Assembly (NCBI GenBank): GCA_040285855.1
Contig: JAUFOQ010000002.1
Span: 1,674,001 to 1,738,000, forward strand
DNA from: Eukaryota sp. GEM-RC1
Lineage: Eukaryota
Reading direction: 5' to 3'
Length of the DNA: 64,000 bases
Shown piece by piece: positions 51,029 to 62,161 of this stretch (the first letter of the stretch is position 1; each line of letters starts with the position of its first letter). The notes under the pieces are model-generated. The model had not been told where the DNA came from. It did no database searches and saw only the letters and a program-made list of their open reading frames with translations. The position numbers were made by a program, and so were the translations under genes.

Positions 51029-51421
51029 ATGCTGCTGGATAAGGACATTATCATTCTTATAAATGGCCATCAGTTCCACACCACATATTCTACATTAACC
51101 AAATACAAATCTCGTCTAGGAAAGATGATCAAATCCATTCCAGACCAGTATCTTGATCGTCCTTTGAAACTAGACCGTGATCCACGACTCTTTGCATCAA
51201 TATTACACTTTCTCCGTGATGGACATCTTGTTGTGCCCAAAAACTGTTCACCATTTGAACTACTCCAAGAGGCAAGGTTTTTTTCGCTAAGGGAAATGAC
51301 TGAATCTCTCATCAGTTTGATAACTGGTATAGATGTTGTTACATTTCCAGACTTCACTTGTTACTCAAACTCTATGATTAAACCATTTTCAAACAAGAGT
51401 TTGAAGAAGTTGAAGTCATGA
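51029..51421 (+). CDS. BTB/POZ (KCTD/T1-type) protein
   Basis: LINGHQFHTTYSTL, LDRDPRLFASILHFLRDG, LLQEARFF. Confidence 0.9.
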   Translation: MLLDKDIIILINGHQFHTTYSTLTKYKSRLGKMIKSIPDQYLDRPLKLDRDPRLFASILHFLRDGHLVVPKNCSPFELLQEARFFSLREMTESLISLITGIDVVTFPDFTCYSNSMIKPFSNKSLKKLKS

Positions 51422-51584
51422 AAAACAAAGACAAGAAATCATCTTGTTCAATTGAAATAGTTCATTCATGACTTTTGGTGTTTTAAATTAATAAATTTTT
51501 TGTAGTCGATAGACACATATAATGATTGTTGTTGTATAAAAGCAAAGACAATGGAGAAAAACAAAAATATAATCAATTGTCAAG

Positions 51585-51931
51585 TTACGTCTCCGATTCT
51601 GTTGACATTTTCCGAAGCTCCCACTAGAGTTATGACATAATAAGCATACAGGTTGATTATCTAAGGGACAGACTTGTCTACTTTTCAGCCATCTTGAAAT
51701 GCAATGATAATGGAAGGCATGGTTGCAAGTTCCCCACGCGATAGGACAGTTCTGTTTTTCAGAAGGATCTGGATTGGCTGCGCACTCGATACAGGGAGCC
51801 ATGTTGTCCATTTTACAGATGGCGCAGTTTTCAACATTGACGTCCCAACTCCAAAGAGCAACGGCGTTCCATTTTTTTACTGTGAAAGGAGGAGGTGGAT
51901 GTGAAGAAGTTGGTTGAGAAGGAGTTGACAT
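51585..51931 (-). CDS. RBX1: RING-box protein RBX1/ROC1, intron 51624-51649
   Basis: [46 protein letters not shown]. Confidence 0.95.
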
Positions 51932-52089
51932 TTTTGAAAAGAAATTCTGTCGAGTGTAAGTTACTCTAAAACATATGAACTGTAATAAGTCTAGTGCTGA
52001 TACTGCACGTATGTTCTGCGGTATGAATTGTAAACATGTATTTGTTCATATATGTTTTCGATTTTTAGGTCTATGTATAGATAAATTGA

Positions 52090-52594
52090 TTCCATTTTGT
52101 CCAAGTTGATTGGAGGCAACTACTTTTCGGAATTAGGTAGTGCGTTTGATAATTTGGTTTAATAGTGTTTATTTATTTGTTGTTTTCTTGTGTGTTTTTC
52201 TCCGCACATAAATTCGTTGTTTATATTTGTTCACATTATTGTGTCGCAATTGATATCAAATTGAGTAACCAGAAGAAGTGATGGGATACAAGCCATTCCT
52301 GTACACACACGCTCTATGTGTTGATCTTAATTTGGGATGAAGCACCTAGTAGTACACATTAACAACGATGATGGATGTTTATTAGGTAGATTTCTTCCCA
52401 AACTTCTTGAAAAAAAATAGTTTATTGATGGAGGGTTCAAAACTACATTTCATAATAAAAGCTATGAAACACTACATGTAGACACGGAAAATTCCGGGTC
52501 AACAATACCACAGTTTTTATACAACTTTGTGAAAATTGATTTAAAAAACTTAGGAATCGAACGGATCAAAGAAAAAATCAAACGGTGATGCCAA
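52090..52594. mobile_element. CRE-like 3' fragments
   Basis: 52090-52215 matches the reverse complement of 38065-38190; 52420-52594 matches 31720-31883. Confidence 0.7.
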
Positions 52595-52607
52595 ACCTAG
52601 ACTGATA

Positions 52608-53557
52608 CTCTAATTAACCTAATACTAGCCCTGCCCTATTACTAGCCCTTCCCTAATACTAGCCACGAAGGTGCATGCCAGTAAAATGCCTAATACTAGC
52701 CCCCATTTCTGAAGTACTTTAGTGGTTCTAGATTTATGTGCTGCGATTTATACATTTTTCTTTCTTGTATTGCTCATCACTTTTTCAAGGACAGTTTTGA
52801 GCGGGTGTGTCACGAATGGATGAAAGGTCACCGACCTTTCATCCATTCACGTGTTTCCAAACAAAGTATCATATGATACATTTGACAACGAATACGAACC
52901 TTATGGTGTATCAGATCAAGATTCATCAAGAAACTAATAATGTCTTTGATAATTCTGTTACACAACCCAAAAAATAGTCAAATATCAGGGAGATTATTAT
53001 TGTAAACTGAGACTGATTTTCCACAATTGATGAAGGGCTTAACATACTTCGTTATTCTGAGTTATTCAAAAACATACCAATGATCGTCATCATGCATTTC
53101 AACTTCACTCTTCAACTTATGGTAAGGTAAAGAAGCTTTCTCTCTTAATGTTTATCAGGTGGAACATGGATTTACTGTGATCTAATATATATTAAATTAC
53201 AGCTTTCGAATTTTAATTATATTCGTCGTTGAAAACGTGTATTCTTGGCCAACTGAACTTAATGAACTACACGAGAAGTGTTACTGATAACTGTGTAAAA
53301 CTAAAACCAATGAGCCAAAGAAACATCTCTTTATTTACCGTACTTTCTTTCACTGAAATTGTATGTAAGCAGTGGTTTGCGTGATCCTAAGAAACAATAG
53401 TTTACAAGTAGTTGTTGATAAGAAAAATTACTAGCCCTTCCCTAATACTAGCCTCCCCGTTACTAGCCCTGCCCTATTACTAGCCTTTCCCTAATACAGG
53501 CCTAGGCGGGGTAGGCTAGTAACGTTTTGGCGCAGGCTAGTATTAGGTAAATTAGAG
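52608..53557. mobile_element. TA-flanked MITE with CCTAATACTAGCC arrays
   Basis: TIR CTCTAATT(A/T)ACCTAATACTAGCC; TA at both ends; interrupts a CRE-like remnant. Confidence 0.88.
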
Positions 53558-53601
53558 TAAGTTAAATCTCTTATTCTGAAACTTACACATAAATACACTT
53601 G

Positions 53602-54603
53602 ATGTCCCTTGTTCTTAAAGTAAAAAATAGTGCTTCTTACATTGCTGAACAAGCTGAAAACGTCTCTCTAAATGACGAAGCAATCCAAGATATTGCCAAT
53701 GCTCTTACTGACGCATTCCATCAACAGAACCTCTCACCTGTCTCTTGGAGCCAACATTCACTCCATCCTCAACCTCCTCTCACCAATGATATAGCTGATT
53801 GGATATTTGTTCTTGATTCACTCAACTTCTCCTTCTGGAACGATGATTTGACTCCCTTCACTATCAATTACAAAGGAGAACATCATAAAGGATACTGGGC
53901 TCTATGTGCTGCCCTTCAGCGAGCGACTGATGAAAACATTCCATTGTTTGATGCCGAGTTCTACTCATCCATTGATGAAATAACACTGTCTCATATTCTT
54001 CGGCCTTCGGATCCCTCTGTATCTATCCCAATGCTCCGAGAACGTACTCAAATACTCCGAGAGAACGGCAAAATCCTATTAGACAAATTCAATGGCTCAT
54101 TCTTGAATGTTATACGTCAAGCAGAAGGTTCTGCAGCTAAACTCGTTGATTTGATCGTTTCCAACTTCCCCTCCTTCTCTGATCTCTCTTCATACGGGGG
54201 AGCCAAAGTATACTTTCTAAAACGTGCTCAAATCCTTGTCGCTGATCTTTGGGCTTGTTTTGAAGGCAGGGAACCTTTCTCCTTTACAGACATTGACCAA
54301 CTGACAATGTTTGCCGATTATCGTGTTCCTCAGATTCTAGCCTCTTTGGGAATTCTAGAATACTCCCAAGAGCTACAACATCTCTTAAAGAAGGGTGAGC
54401 TAATACCACATGGATCTTCCTTGGAGATTGAGATTAGAGGGTGTTCTATACATGCAGTGGAGAAGATAAAGCAGTTGCTACCAGGGGAAGTTGAGGTTAA
54501 TGCAGTATTAATTGATTTTTATTTGTGGGATTTGGCGAAAGAGAGTTGTTATTTGGATGAGAATGAGAAATTGACTCATCGAACACGAACAACATTTTAT
54601 TGA
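53602..54603 (+). CDS. QNG1: Queuosine nucleotide glycosylase / Q-salvage protein (DUF2419)
   Basis: HSLHP, DSLNFSFW, GYWALCA, KRAQILVADLW, LTMFADYRVPQ, EIEIRGCS, DFYLW, HRTRTTFY. Confidence 0.95.
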   Translation: MSLVLKVKNSASYIAEQAENVSLNDEAIQDIANALTDAFHQQNLSPVSWSQHSLHPQPPLTNDIADWIFVLDSLNFSFWNDDLTPFTINYKGEHHKGYWALCAALQRATDENIPLFDAEFYSSIDEITLSHILRPSDPSVSIPMLRERTQILRENGKILLDKFNGSFLNVIRQAEGSAAKLVDLIVSNFPSFSDLSSYGGAKVYFLKRAQILVADLWACFEGREPFSFTDIDQLTMFADYRVPQILASLGILEYSQELQHLLKKGELIPHGSSLEIEIRGCSIHAVEKIKQLLPGEVEVNAVLIDFYLWDLAKESCYLDENEKLTHRTRTTFY

Positions 54604-54832
54604 AAACATTTTGATGAAATGAAAATAAGTCAATGAAAATTGAATCTGTGTATTATATCAACCAGTTTTCTTGTAGATTTTCTACAAGAAAATGGTGTGA
54701 ATTACAGAGGTTGTCTCCGTCACGTGATCAAAAGAATAAACACAGAGATAGATCAGTCACTTTTGATTGAGGAAGTCCAACGATATAAAAAAGAAGATAA
54801 ATTTCAATCATTGTAAATTATACTAGATATCC

Positions 54833-55648
54833 CTAAATATCAACAAAGTCATCAGATTCCTCAGGTAAAGGTCTACTTGACAGTACTGAAGAATCATCAA
54901 GAGGAGGGTTAAAAGAATGAGGAGTTTGAACTGAATATACTGAACGTTGTTGAGATTCTCGTTGACCATCGTCATACAACCAATCAAAAGGATGATGTGA
55001 TTTAGAAACAGTCCTGCGTGGGAGTCCAGAACTGACAGAAGATTGGGACGATGGTTCTAAGTTTGTAAATGAATCATCCTGGTCAGGGTGAGTTTCAGAA
55101 CCAAAGGCGGAGATCCATTTAGATTTGGAGAGTTGTTCAACTGCTTGGCTTAAGGATGATACAGACATGGAATCAGGGTGAAGGTTGGAGGACGGTGGTT
55201 TATAAGTAGTGGAGGGTATTTGGAAAGAGGTTGAGGTGGGACGTGTGGAACGGATTGGTTTAGTGGGTTTCTTGTGAATTATCTTCTTCTTCAAAGAAGG
55301 TTGATGTACTGATGGAACAGTAGTTGAAGGTTTTGCAGAGGGTTCAATAATGGATGCAGAAGGTTTTGATTCATTGGAGGATTTTAGTTGAGAAGGTGCA
55401 TCTTCACGCCAAGAAGCATCAGCTTTTGAATAATGAACAGGGCATGGTTGTGGAGCAAAAGGAGATGATGAAAGTGCATCATCAGCCAGTTCCTGAAGTT
55501 CTGCCGAAGAAAGAGTGGCAACAGGATGAGATGATGTCAGTGTTCCTATTGAGAATTTTACTAGTAGTTTTAAGATACTAGACCACTCACTTTTACCATA
55601 TCGGGACAAGAATTGGCGAATTAGAGGGTCTCGAGTGGGGTCAAACAT
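54833..55648 (-). CDS. Hypothetical protein (helical N-terminus, Ser/Pro-rich disordered remainder)
   Basis: 271-aa ATG ORF. Confidence 0.6.
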   Translation of the reverse strand: MFDPTRDPLIRQFLSRYGKSEWSSILKLLVKFSIGTLTSSHPVATLSSAELQELADDALSSSPFAPQPCPVHYSKADASWREDAPSQLKSSNESKPSASIIEPSAKPSTTVPSVHQPSLKKKIIHKKPTKPIRSTRPTSTSFQIPSTTYKPPSSNLHPDSMSVSSLSQAVEQLSKSKWISAFGSETHPDQDDSFTNLEPSSQSSVSSGLPRRTVSKSHHPFDWLYDDGQRESQQRSVYSVQTPHSFNPPLDDSSVLSSRPLPEESDDFVDI

Positions 55649-55699
55649 TTTGCAAAAATCTCAACTTCTCATCAGAACCTTGAACCTTTCTTCCGGATT

Positions 55700-56605
55700 A
55701 TGTCAGACTCACAGTTAACTGAAACACTCTTTAAGCTTTTTGATTCTACTTTATACAAAACTAAATTGAGAGATTCTCTCGATCCTTCACTTTCGCAAGA
55801 AGACCTTCTAGAAAGATATTTATCATCGGAAACAGAGCGAGAACGTCTTTCGCTTCATGTTAATCTTCTACAAGAGCAAAAAAGTACATTGGAAAATCGT
55901 CTCAGTAAGCTTTCTTCACTGTGCAAGACATTACAAGATAAAAACAAAAAATTATCTGAAGAAGCCTCACTATATGTTGAACAACAGGAACAGCATCGAC
56001 ATGATCTATCAGCAAAATTCCAAGATTCTATATCAGGAATTGAACAAAAAATCAAAGTAGAGTCTGAGTCACGAATGGCACTAGAAACAGAACGAGCTGA
56101 AATGAAACAACGGCTTGCCGAAATCCTCACTCAATTCGAAGAACGTGAGAAATCGTTTGAAGCCGAGTTGAAGAAAAAGGATTTGGAAAAACAACTCGCT
56201 CAAGCTCAGCTTGCCCAGGAAACTAACTCAAAGGAAGAAGCAATCAAAGTTGCTCAACAAATGCAACAGAAATCCAACATGTTAGAGGGTGTTTTGAAGG
56301 ATCGTACAAGTCAGATTGAAGAATACGGAGATAAATATAAACAGTTGATTGATATGGTAAAAGAAAGTCAATCATCTGTCCAAAGAGTCACTGAGGAATC
56401 AAAGGCTGTACACAAAGAAAAACACGATTTAGAATACAAAGTGGCAGATTTGACGTCTAGATTACGACAAACAGCAGATCAATTGATCACTACTCTGGAA
56501 GAGCTTCAAAAGAACGATCTTCTAGGGAAAAACTTGCCAGCTTATGTAAAACTCTACAAGCACAACGAGTTCAACGAGAACCATCTCAATAATTTCCAAC
56601 AATAA
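55700..56605 (+). CDS. Taxilin-family coiled-coil protein; -1 shift near 56510
   Basis: KLSSLCKTLQDKNK, LSAKFQDSISGI, QFEERE; the shifted frame gives EKLASLCKTLQ. Confidence 0.85.
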   Translation: MSDSQLTETLFKLFDSTLYKTKLRDSLDPSLSQEDLLERYLSSETERERLSLHVNLLQEQKSTLENRLSKLSSLCKTLQDKNKKLSEEASLYVEQQEQHRHDLSAKFQDSISGIEQKIKVESESRMALETERAEMKQRLAEILTQFEEREKSFEAELKKKDLEKQLAQAQLAQETNSKEEAIKVAQQMQQKSNMLEGVLKDRTSQIEEYGDKYKQLIDMVKESQSSVQRVTEESKAVHKEKHDLEYKVADLTSRLRQTADQLITTLEELQKNDLLGKNLPAYVKLYKHNEFNENHLNNFQQ

Positions 56606-56713
56606 ACCAATAGAGTTTCTGCTATTTGTGGTGAATTTCTCAACATTGAGATCTAGATGTAGGATAAATGTTCTTTAGAGAGAGATGTTAATTGTAATTT
56701 CAACTTTGCATTG

Positions 56714-57634
56714 ATGATCCCTGTTGTAGAAAAAGTCCTCGAACCTCTGAATAAGAAGATCAAAAGCTTACAAAAGCGCCAAGAGCGTGTTGAAAGGATC
56801 GAGGCTCTTGTGAGTTCTGGTAAGGAACTCGATAGTAACCAACGAGTCGCTCTTGATTCAAAGCCTCAGATCGAATTCTCTCTTGAAACTATCTCCCCTT
56901 TACTCGCTGACTGCGAAGCCAAGGCTAAACAGGTTTGTTCCTATGAAAGTTTATCTTAGTTTAACAGTGAAATCAAGAAAACTATCTCAAACTCTATCAC
57001 TGAAGCTTTCAAAAACAAGCTTCTCTTTGACACAGTATCTCAGTTTGTTCTCAACTCCGAAAACAAATCTGCCCTGCTCCATGAATTCGGTACCAAAGCC
57101 GTTGCTGGTGAGGAAACCGAAATCAAGACTGAGGATGATCTGGATATCCTATCGCAGACAGCACAATCTTTAATTCCATCTGGTGACCTCATTGATGAAT
57201 GTGCTAAACAAATGTCAGCAATATTCGGTGATAACAAGAAAGTCCATCGCGTCATGAAATTGACCAAAGAAATCGTCTCATCTCGTACTTTTAGAGAGGG
57301 TGCCTCTGCTGTCTTACAAGAACAACAGAAAGCATTTGAGCCCGAACCCGAGCAGCAACAGGCACCTGAGGAGCCCGTTGTGCAACAACCCGAGCCCTAT
57401 GTTGAACAAAAGCAAGAACCTGTTGTTGAAGCAGTTATTTTTGAGGAACAACCTGAGCCAACCCCTCAGTTTGGATTCACTGAACAGGACGTTGAATATG
57501 AAGCCCAACAATCTGTTGTTGACGAGGATGGTTTCCGTACTATTGCCAAGCCTCGTGGGGACCGTGGTGGTCGAGGTAGAGGCCGTGGACGTAGGGGTCG
57601 CAGAGGAGATAAAAGAAATGATCGTTCAGCATAA
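56714..57634 (+). CDS. Caprin-like RNA-binding protein with RGG tail, intron 56933-56959
   Basis: KKIKSLQKR..IEALVSSGKELDSNQRVAL; removing the 27-nt intron joins the ORFs; DGFRTI and RGG at the C-terminus. Confidence 0.7.
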
Positions 57635-57869
57635 TGGCTGAATGAATTGTCTGATGTTTGTTTAGTAATATGTCGAAAAGCGAAATCTCTCCGTAGTGTA
57701 AGTTATCTAAATCACCTTTCAAAAAATCTACTAGTTTATAGAATCAATCGATCTAACATGTGTAGGTGTAAGCAAAAACTACTAATCGTGTTAACATAAG
57801 ATTATTAACAACAACAACACATCTGTTCAAGGAGTTGTATACACAATCAAATAAACAGTAAATTTTAGG

Positions 57870-58220
57870 CTGAACAGCAAAGTGTTCAAATTATGCGGAT
57901 GCTTTGCAGAAGCTTAATGAAAATCTATATTCTAAGTTTTCATTTGCTCCTTTTGCAATTTCCATTTTTGGTAATATTGGTCCAGCCGGTTTATTGTTTT
58001 TCAGTGATTTTAGTCTTTTATGTCGTTCTAATGGCAAGGTGTTTAATAGCGCTGTATGGATTAATCGAATTATGTTCGCTCTTTATAGAAGCATTGCCAA
58101 AGTATTTAGGTTCAATTTATTCGAAGTTGTATAGGGACAATTCTCGTGTTGATGTGGAGAATTTAACTTCTTTCATTTTCTGAATTAGTATGTATTAATT
58201 TATTGTTGCAAATAAACTGT
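57870..58220 (+). mobile_element. CRE-like 3' fragment
   Basis: FAPFAISIFGNIGPAG..WINRIMFALYR. Confidence 0.75.
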
Positions 58221-58271
58221 TTAAATAACAGTAAATTTAATCAAAGTACATGTACAGTACATAGTATAAAG

Positions 58272-58793
58272 CATGGAACGCAATTGTTCCGTACCGCCTG
58301 ATTTTAGGAGTACTATACTGTTGACTGACTAGAGTAAATTGTTACTAATTTGAACATGACGATCCAATGTGAAACAGTTACTAGTACCGTCGTCATACAT
58401 TCTACCGTTAAACAAGGCTCAATATCACCATTGTCACACTTATTCTAATTTAGGGTACATAACTGTCCCAAAGTGACAATGGTATATGCGAAGCTCAGCA
58501 ATCATATGAAATCAACAATAGTACCGTCTTGGACTCACAATGCATTTAACTAGTGACTGATACGAGATACAACAATGATACAGGGCCTATTTCTAAGCGA
58601 TTAAAAAGATGCAGAAGCAAATTGTAATAAACAGTTTAGGACATTGTTTGACAAGGCAATAAACCTTTACTCCAAAAAAATAGTAGATCATTCGCAAACA
58701 GAACTTTTTACAAAATCAAATAACATCGTTACGGATAAAATAAATTGGTACGTACCGAACCGTAGAGTACGTACCAACTACTTGCGCACATTG
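58272..58793. mobile_element. Non-autonomous hAT element (CGTAC arrays), copy 2
   Basis: Similar to 41513-42065; TSD GTATA(A/C)AG. Confidence 0.8.
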
Positions 58794-59554
58794 GTATACA
58801 GTCTACTTATTTCGTAGTATGTTTAATTCATATTTGTATTCTTTTATCTTCATCAACGAAATGTAAATTCGAACAGCTGACCGACATGTAAGAACTCAAC
58901 GTTCTAATAATCAAAGTTTCGTATCCTTTCCAAGAATGGAATCAACATCTAGACCAAAATTTGTCTGTTTGAAAAACCATTTAGGTTGTCCGTGCTTCTT
59001 CCGTTAGCATTTGAAGCGGGATACGCACATGTACCGTATTTTTGGGGACCTATTTCACCCATAACACCATCTCAATCATCTCAATCATTGGCAAAAACAT
59101 CCTCTGATATGTCAGGAGATGAACCTTTAATCATAAACCACACAATCAATAACAACTCCAATGATACACTTCCTTTTACCTGATCTACGTGTGAAGTTCC
59201 TCAAGAAGTGAAGTTCCAATCTAATAAAAACTTTTGCTAGGTAAAACACACAATATTTGAAAGCCTGAAAACAAGAAGGAATATATATAAAAATTCTGAA
59301 CTGGACGAAAGTGCGAAGTAATTAGGTTGTTTGACAAATTTAATTGATTGCAGAACAGTTCAGGATAATCTACTGTATTAAATAAGATAATCTAATCTAC
59401 TAGATTAGAGTTTCTAATATGTGTTTTTGGTAGATTTCTCTTATTTTATTGATGATTAATTTTATATCCCAGTATTGGAACTATTCGAAAAAGAACAACC
59501 TTCAACTAACTCATTTATTAAGTGAACAATTAGCAATAAAGGCAAACAGACAGT

Positions 59555-60673
59555 TAAACCTTAATCCGACCAGTCGAAATTATCTTAAGCTCTTTGGTTT
59601 CCAGGTTCTATAGGATTGAGACCTAAATGAATCTCCGTAATCGTCGAGTTGATATCCAAGACATCAGCAAAAGCCAGGGCTCCATCGTCTCCAATAGAGT
59701 TGCTGAAAAGAAGAATCTTGGTAACTGTCGAATTGAATTTCAATGCATTTGCTAAAGCTATAGCACCTGTATCACCAATAGAGTTATAACAAAGATCAAT
59801 AGAATTAATAACAGAATTGACAGTCAACAGTCGGGCTAATGCAACAGCTCCTGCATCACCAATAGAGTTTTCACTTAAATCAATCGTAGTCAATGTTGAG
59901 TTGTCTTGTAAAGCTCTTTCTAGTATCAAAACATGATCATCAGTCATATCATTGGCTTGCAGATTAATACTAGTAATAGTTGAATTAATCCTCAATGCTT
60001 CAGCAAAAGCTTTGACAACCTCAATGTCAATTGCATCAACAGAATAACAAGTCAGTTTCAGCTCAATAACGGTAGAATTGGTTCCAAGAGCTTCCGCAAT
60101 CAATAGGAGATCGTCATTAGTTTCATTACAGCCTAAGTAGAGTGATTTAAGCCGAGAAAAGATCAAATTAAAATCATGTATATATGTTTTATTCAATCTT
60201 AATCCTGTAACGACGTGAGCACAGTTGAGAAAGTCATAATCACGCGATTCAGATGACGCGAGATCAAGGAAAATAGAATGCACCTCAGCATCAAAGAAGG
60301 AAGCAAAAGAAAAGAGTGGACAAAGATCTTTGTGATCAAGGTAAAGAGCATTGGTTTCCAATGAAGAGTTGGACTGAAACAAGAGTAGAATCAAAGAAAC
60401 GTTTGCTGATGTAACCAACATTTGCAATAAGGTTGGGTAGTTGTTTTTGCAAAGATCGGAAATCATAGTACCCACCACCTGCTAAAAACGAACGTTTCAG
60501 AAGAGATTTTAAGACATGAGTAAGAATGAGTATTAACAGTGATTCTGGAAGAAATATAGTACTGATAGGCGAATCATCAAAAAAGAGCTTCCAGTAATAG
60601 TTTGGGACGATGACGAAGGTGTAGTAGCAGATGATTGCTTCAAAAACTTGCCAAAGATGGAACGAAACAACAT
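59555..60673 (-). CDS. RNI-like LRR protein (paralog of 2679), with frameshifts at both ends
   Basis: ALxxNSTxTxIxLxxNSIGDxGA repeats; shared N-terminal LFSFASFF domain. Confidence 0.75.
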
Positions 60674-60713
60674 TTGACCAAAATCTGCCTAGACCTCTAC
60701 TCCTCCAAAACTA

Positions 60714-61498
60714 ATGCAACAAATTGGTGTTCAATGTCTCCACGAACTAGAACTTCATTTCTCACGCTTGGAAGCTGAAATCAATCACACTGTTGCCTCT
60801 GTTGAAGCTTCTGCCTCAGGAGACAGCGATAACAGCGCATCATCACTGTTACATAGATTACATCGGTGTAGAAAGGATTGTACATCAGCTCATACTGTTG
60901 TAGATCAATTTGTGTCTCTTAGATCAGAACTTCTTGATATAGCCCATCTTTTCATCAAAACGCCTCTAAATTATCACACATTCACCAGTCGTTACCACCA
61001 TGTTCAGAAGCTGATACTCTTGCATCTTCTACATCCACACTCACAGACCTTGTTTCATCCTTGGATTCATCCATTGTAGACAATTGGACTGATGATATCC
61101 AGTACAGCACTACAGAAGTCAATAGTCAGCCACCAAAATCAGTTGATCCACATCCTCGTAATTTAACCCGCACTGCTTTTTCTGAGAAAAATACCTCCCA
61201 CTCTGAAGAGCCTTCCCCAAGTAGATCTTCTGGTGATTTTATCCCAATAACTGATGACGAGTTTAATGGTGTTTCTTCTATTGTACGAGGGAGATCTAAA
61301 CTTTCAGATTTGAATGAGCTATATCGCAGTCTTTATGATCTTTTTGATGGGGGTCGTAAGAAAAGCACACTTAGTCATGAAAAAGCGTGTAAACTAGGGT
61401 TGAAAGTCACGGGTCAAACTGGAGAAGCTAGGTTGAACACACTACGGCAGTTGAAGATTGTTCACTTATCTAAGAAAGGGATAACGTGGAATTCATGA
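60714..61498 (+). CDS. SKA1: Spindle and kinetochore-associated protein 1; -1 shift near 60950
   Basis: N-terminal coiled coil; ITDDEFNGVSSIVRGR.KL..LN..Y and LNTLRQLK match the Ska1 microtubule-binding domain. Confidence 0.7.
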
Positions 61499-62161
61499 GT
61501 TTTGTAGTGTATCTAATTGCAGGTATCATGTACCACTTGTTTAACAAACATGATTGAAGTTTAGTTTTAAATTTCAAAACTTTTGTTCTTTCTCTTTTGT
61601 ACTAATTTTACTGCCTCAAAGATGTCCAAACACCACTCGTGGCGTCAAAAGAGACAGCCAAACTACGACTTTAAATAGTGACATGTGGTCCATCAAATAT
61701 TAGTTTTGCCCTTTTCATATATAAACTTTCACTTGTTACAATTACTATTTTTTCGGAAAATTCAAAGATCATTAGAGGAGTAATCTATAAATATTAAATG
61801 TAGACACTGGGAACAATTTATTGGAAAACTGTTTCTTACCACGCGATTATGGTCAAGACCCGATATTTGATGTTCAATAAAATAGGCAGAAAGTACCTTT
61901 CTAAATGCAACAAGCTTGGTTAATAACTCGTAAAAAATCCAACAGAATTGGATCTCTTTGGTTACAAAATTAAATTCTTAGCAAACGAAGAACCATAATG
62001 ATTCTGCTGACCACAACACTTTCAATCAGAAAAGATACGGCTTCTATCTAACAACGTATTGAAAAGGGAAAATTTGTTTAGAACCAGATTACATTCAGTA
62101 AGATGACGTTGTGGTCGAATATCAGATTGTAAGTACAAACAGACTATATTTCAAAAGTATA

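Noticed and set aside
52608..53557. CRISPR-like or regulatory repeat array (CCTAATACTAGCC)
   Set aside because: No unique spacers or cas genes; the repeats are subterminal to a TIR with TA flanks, and the context is eukaryotic
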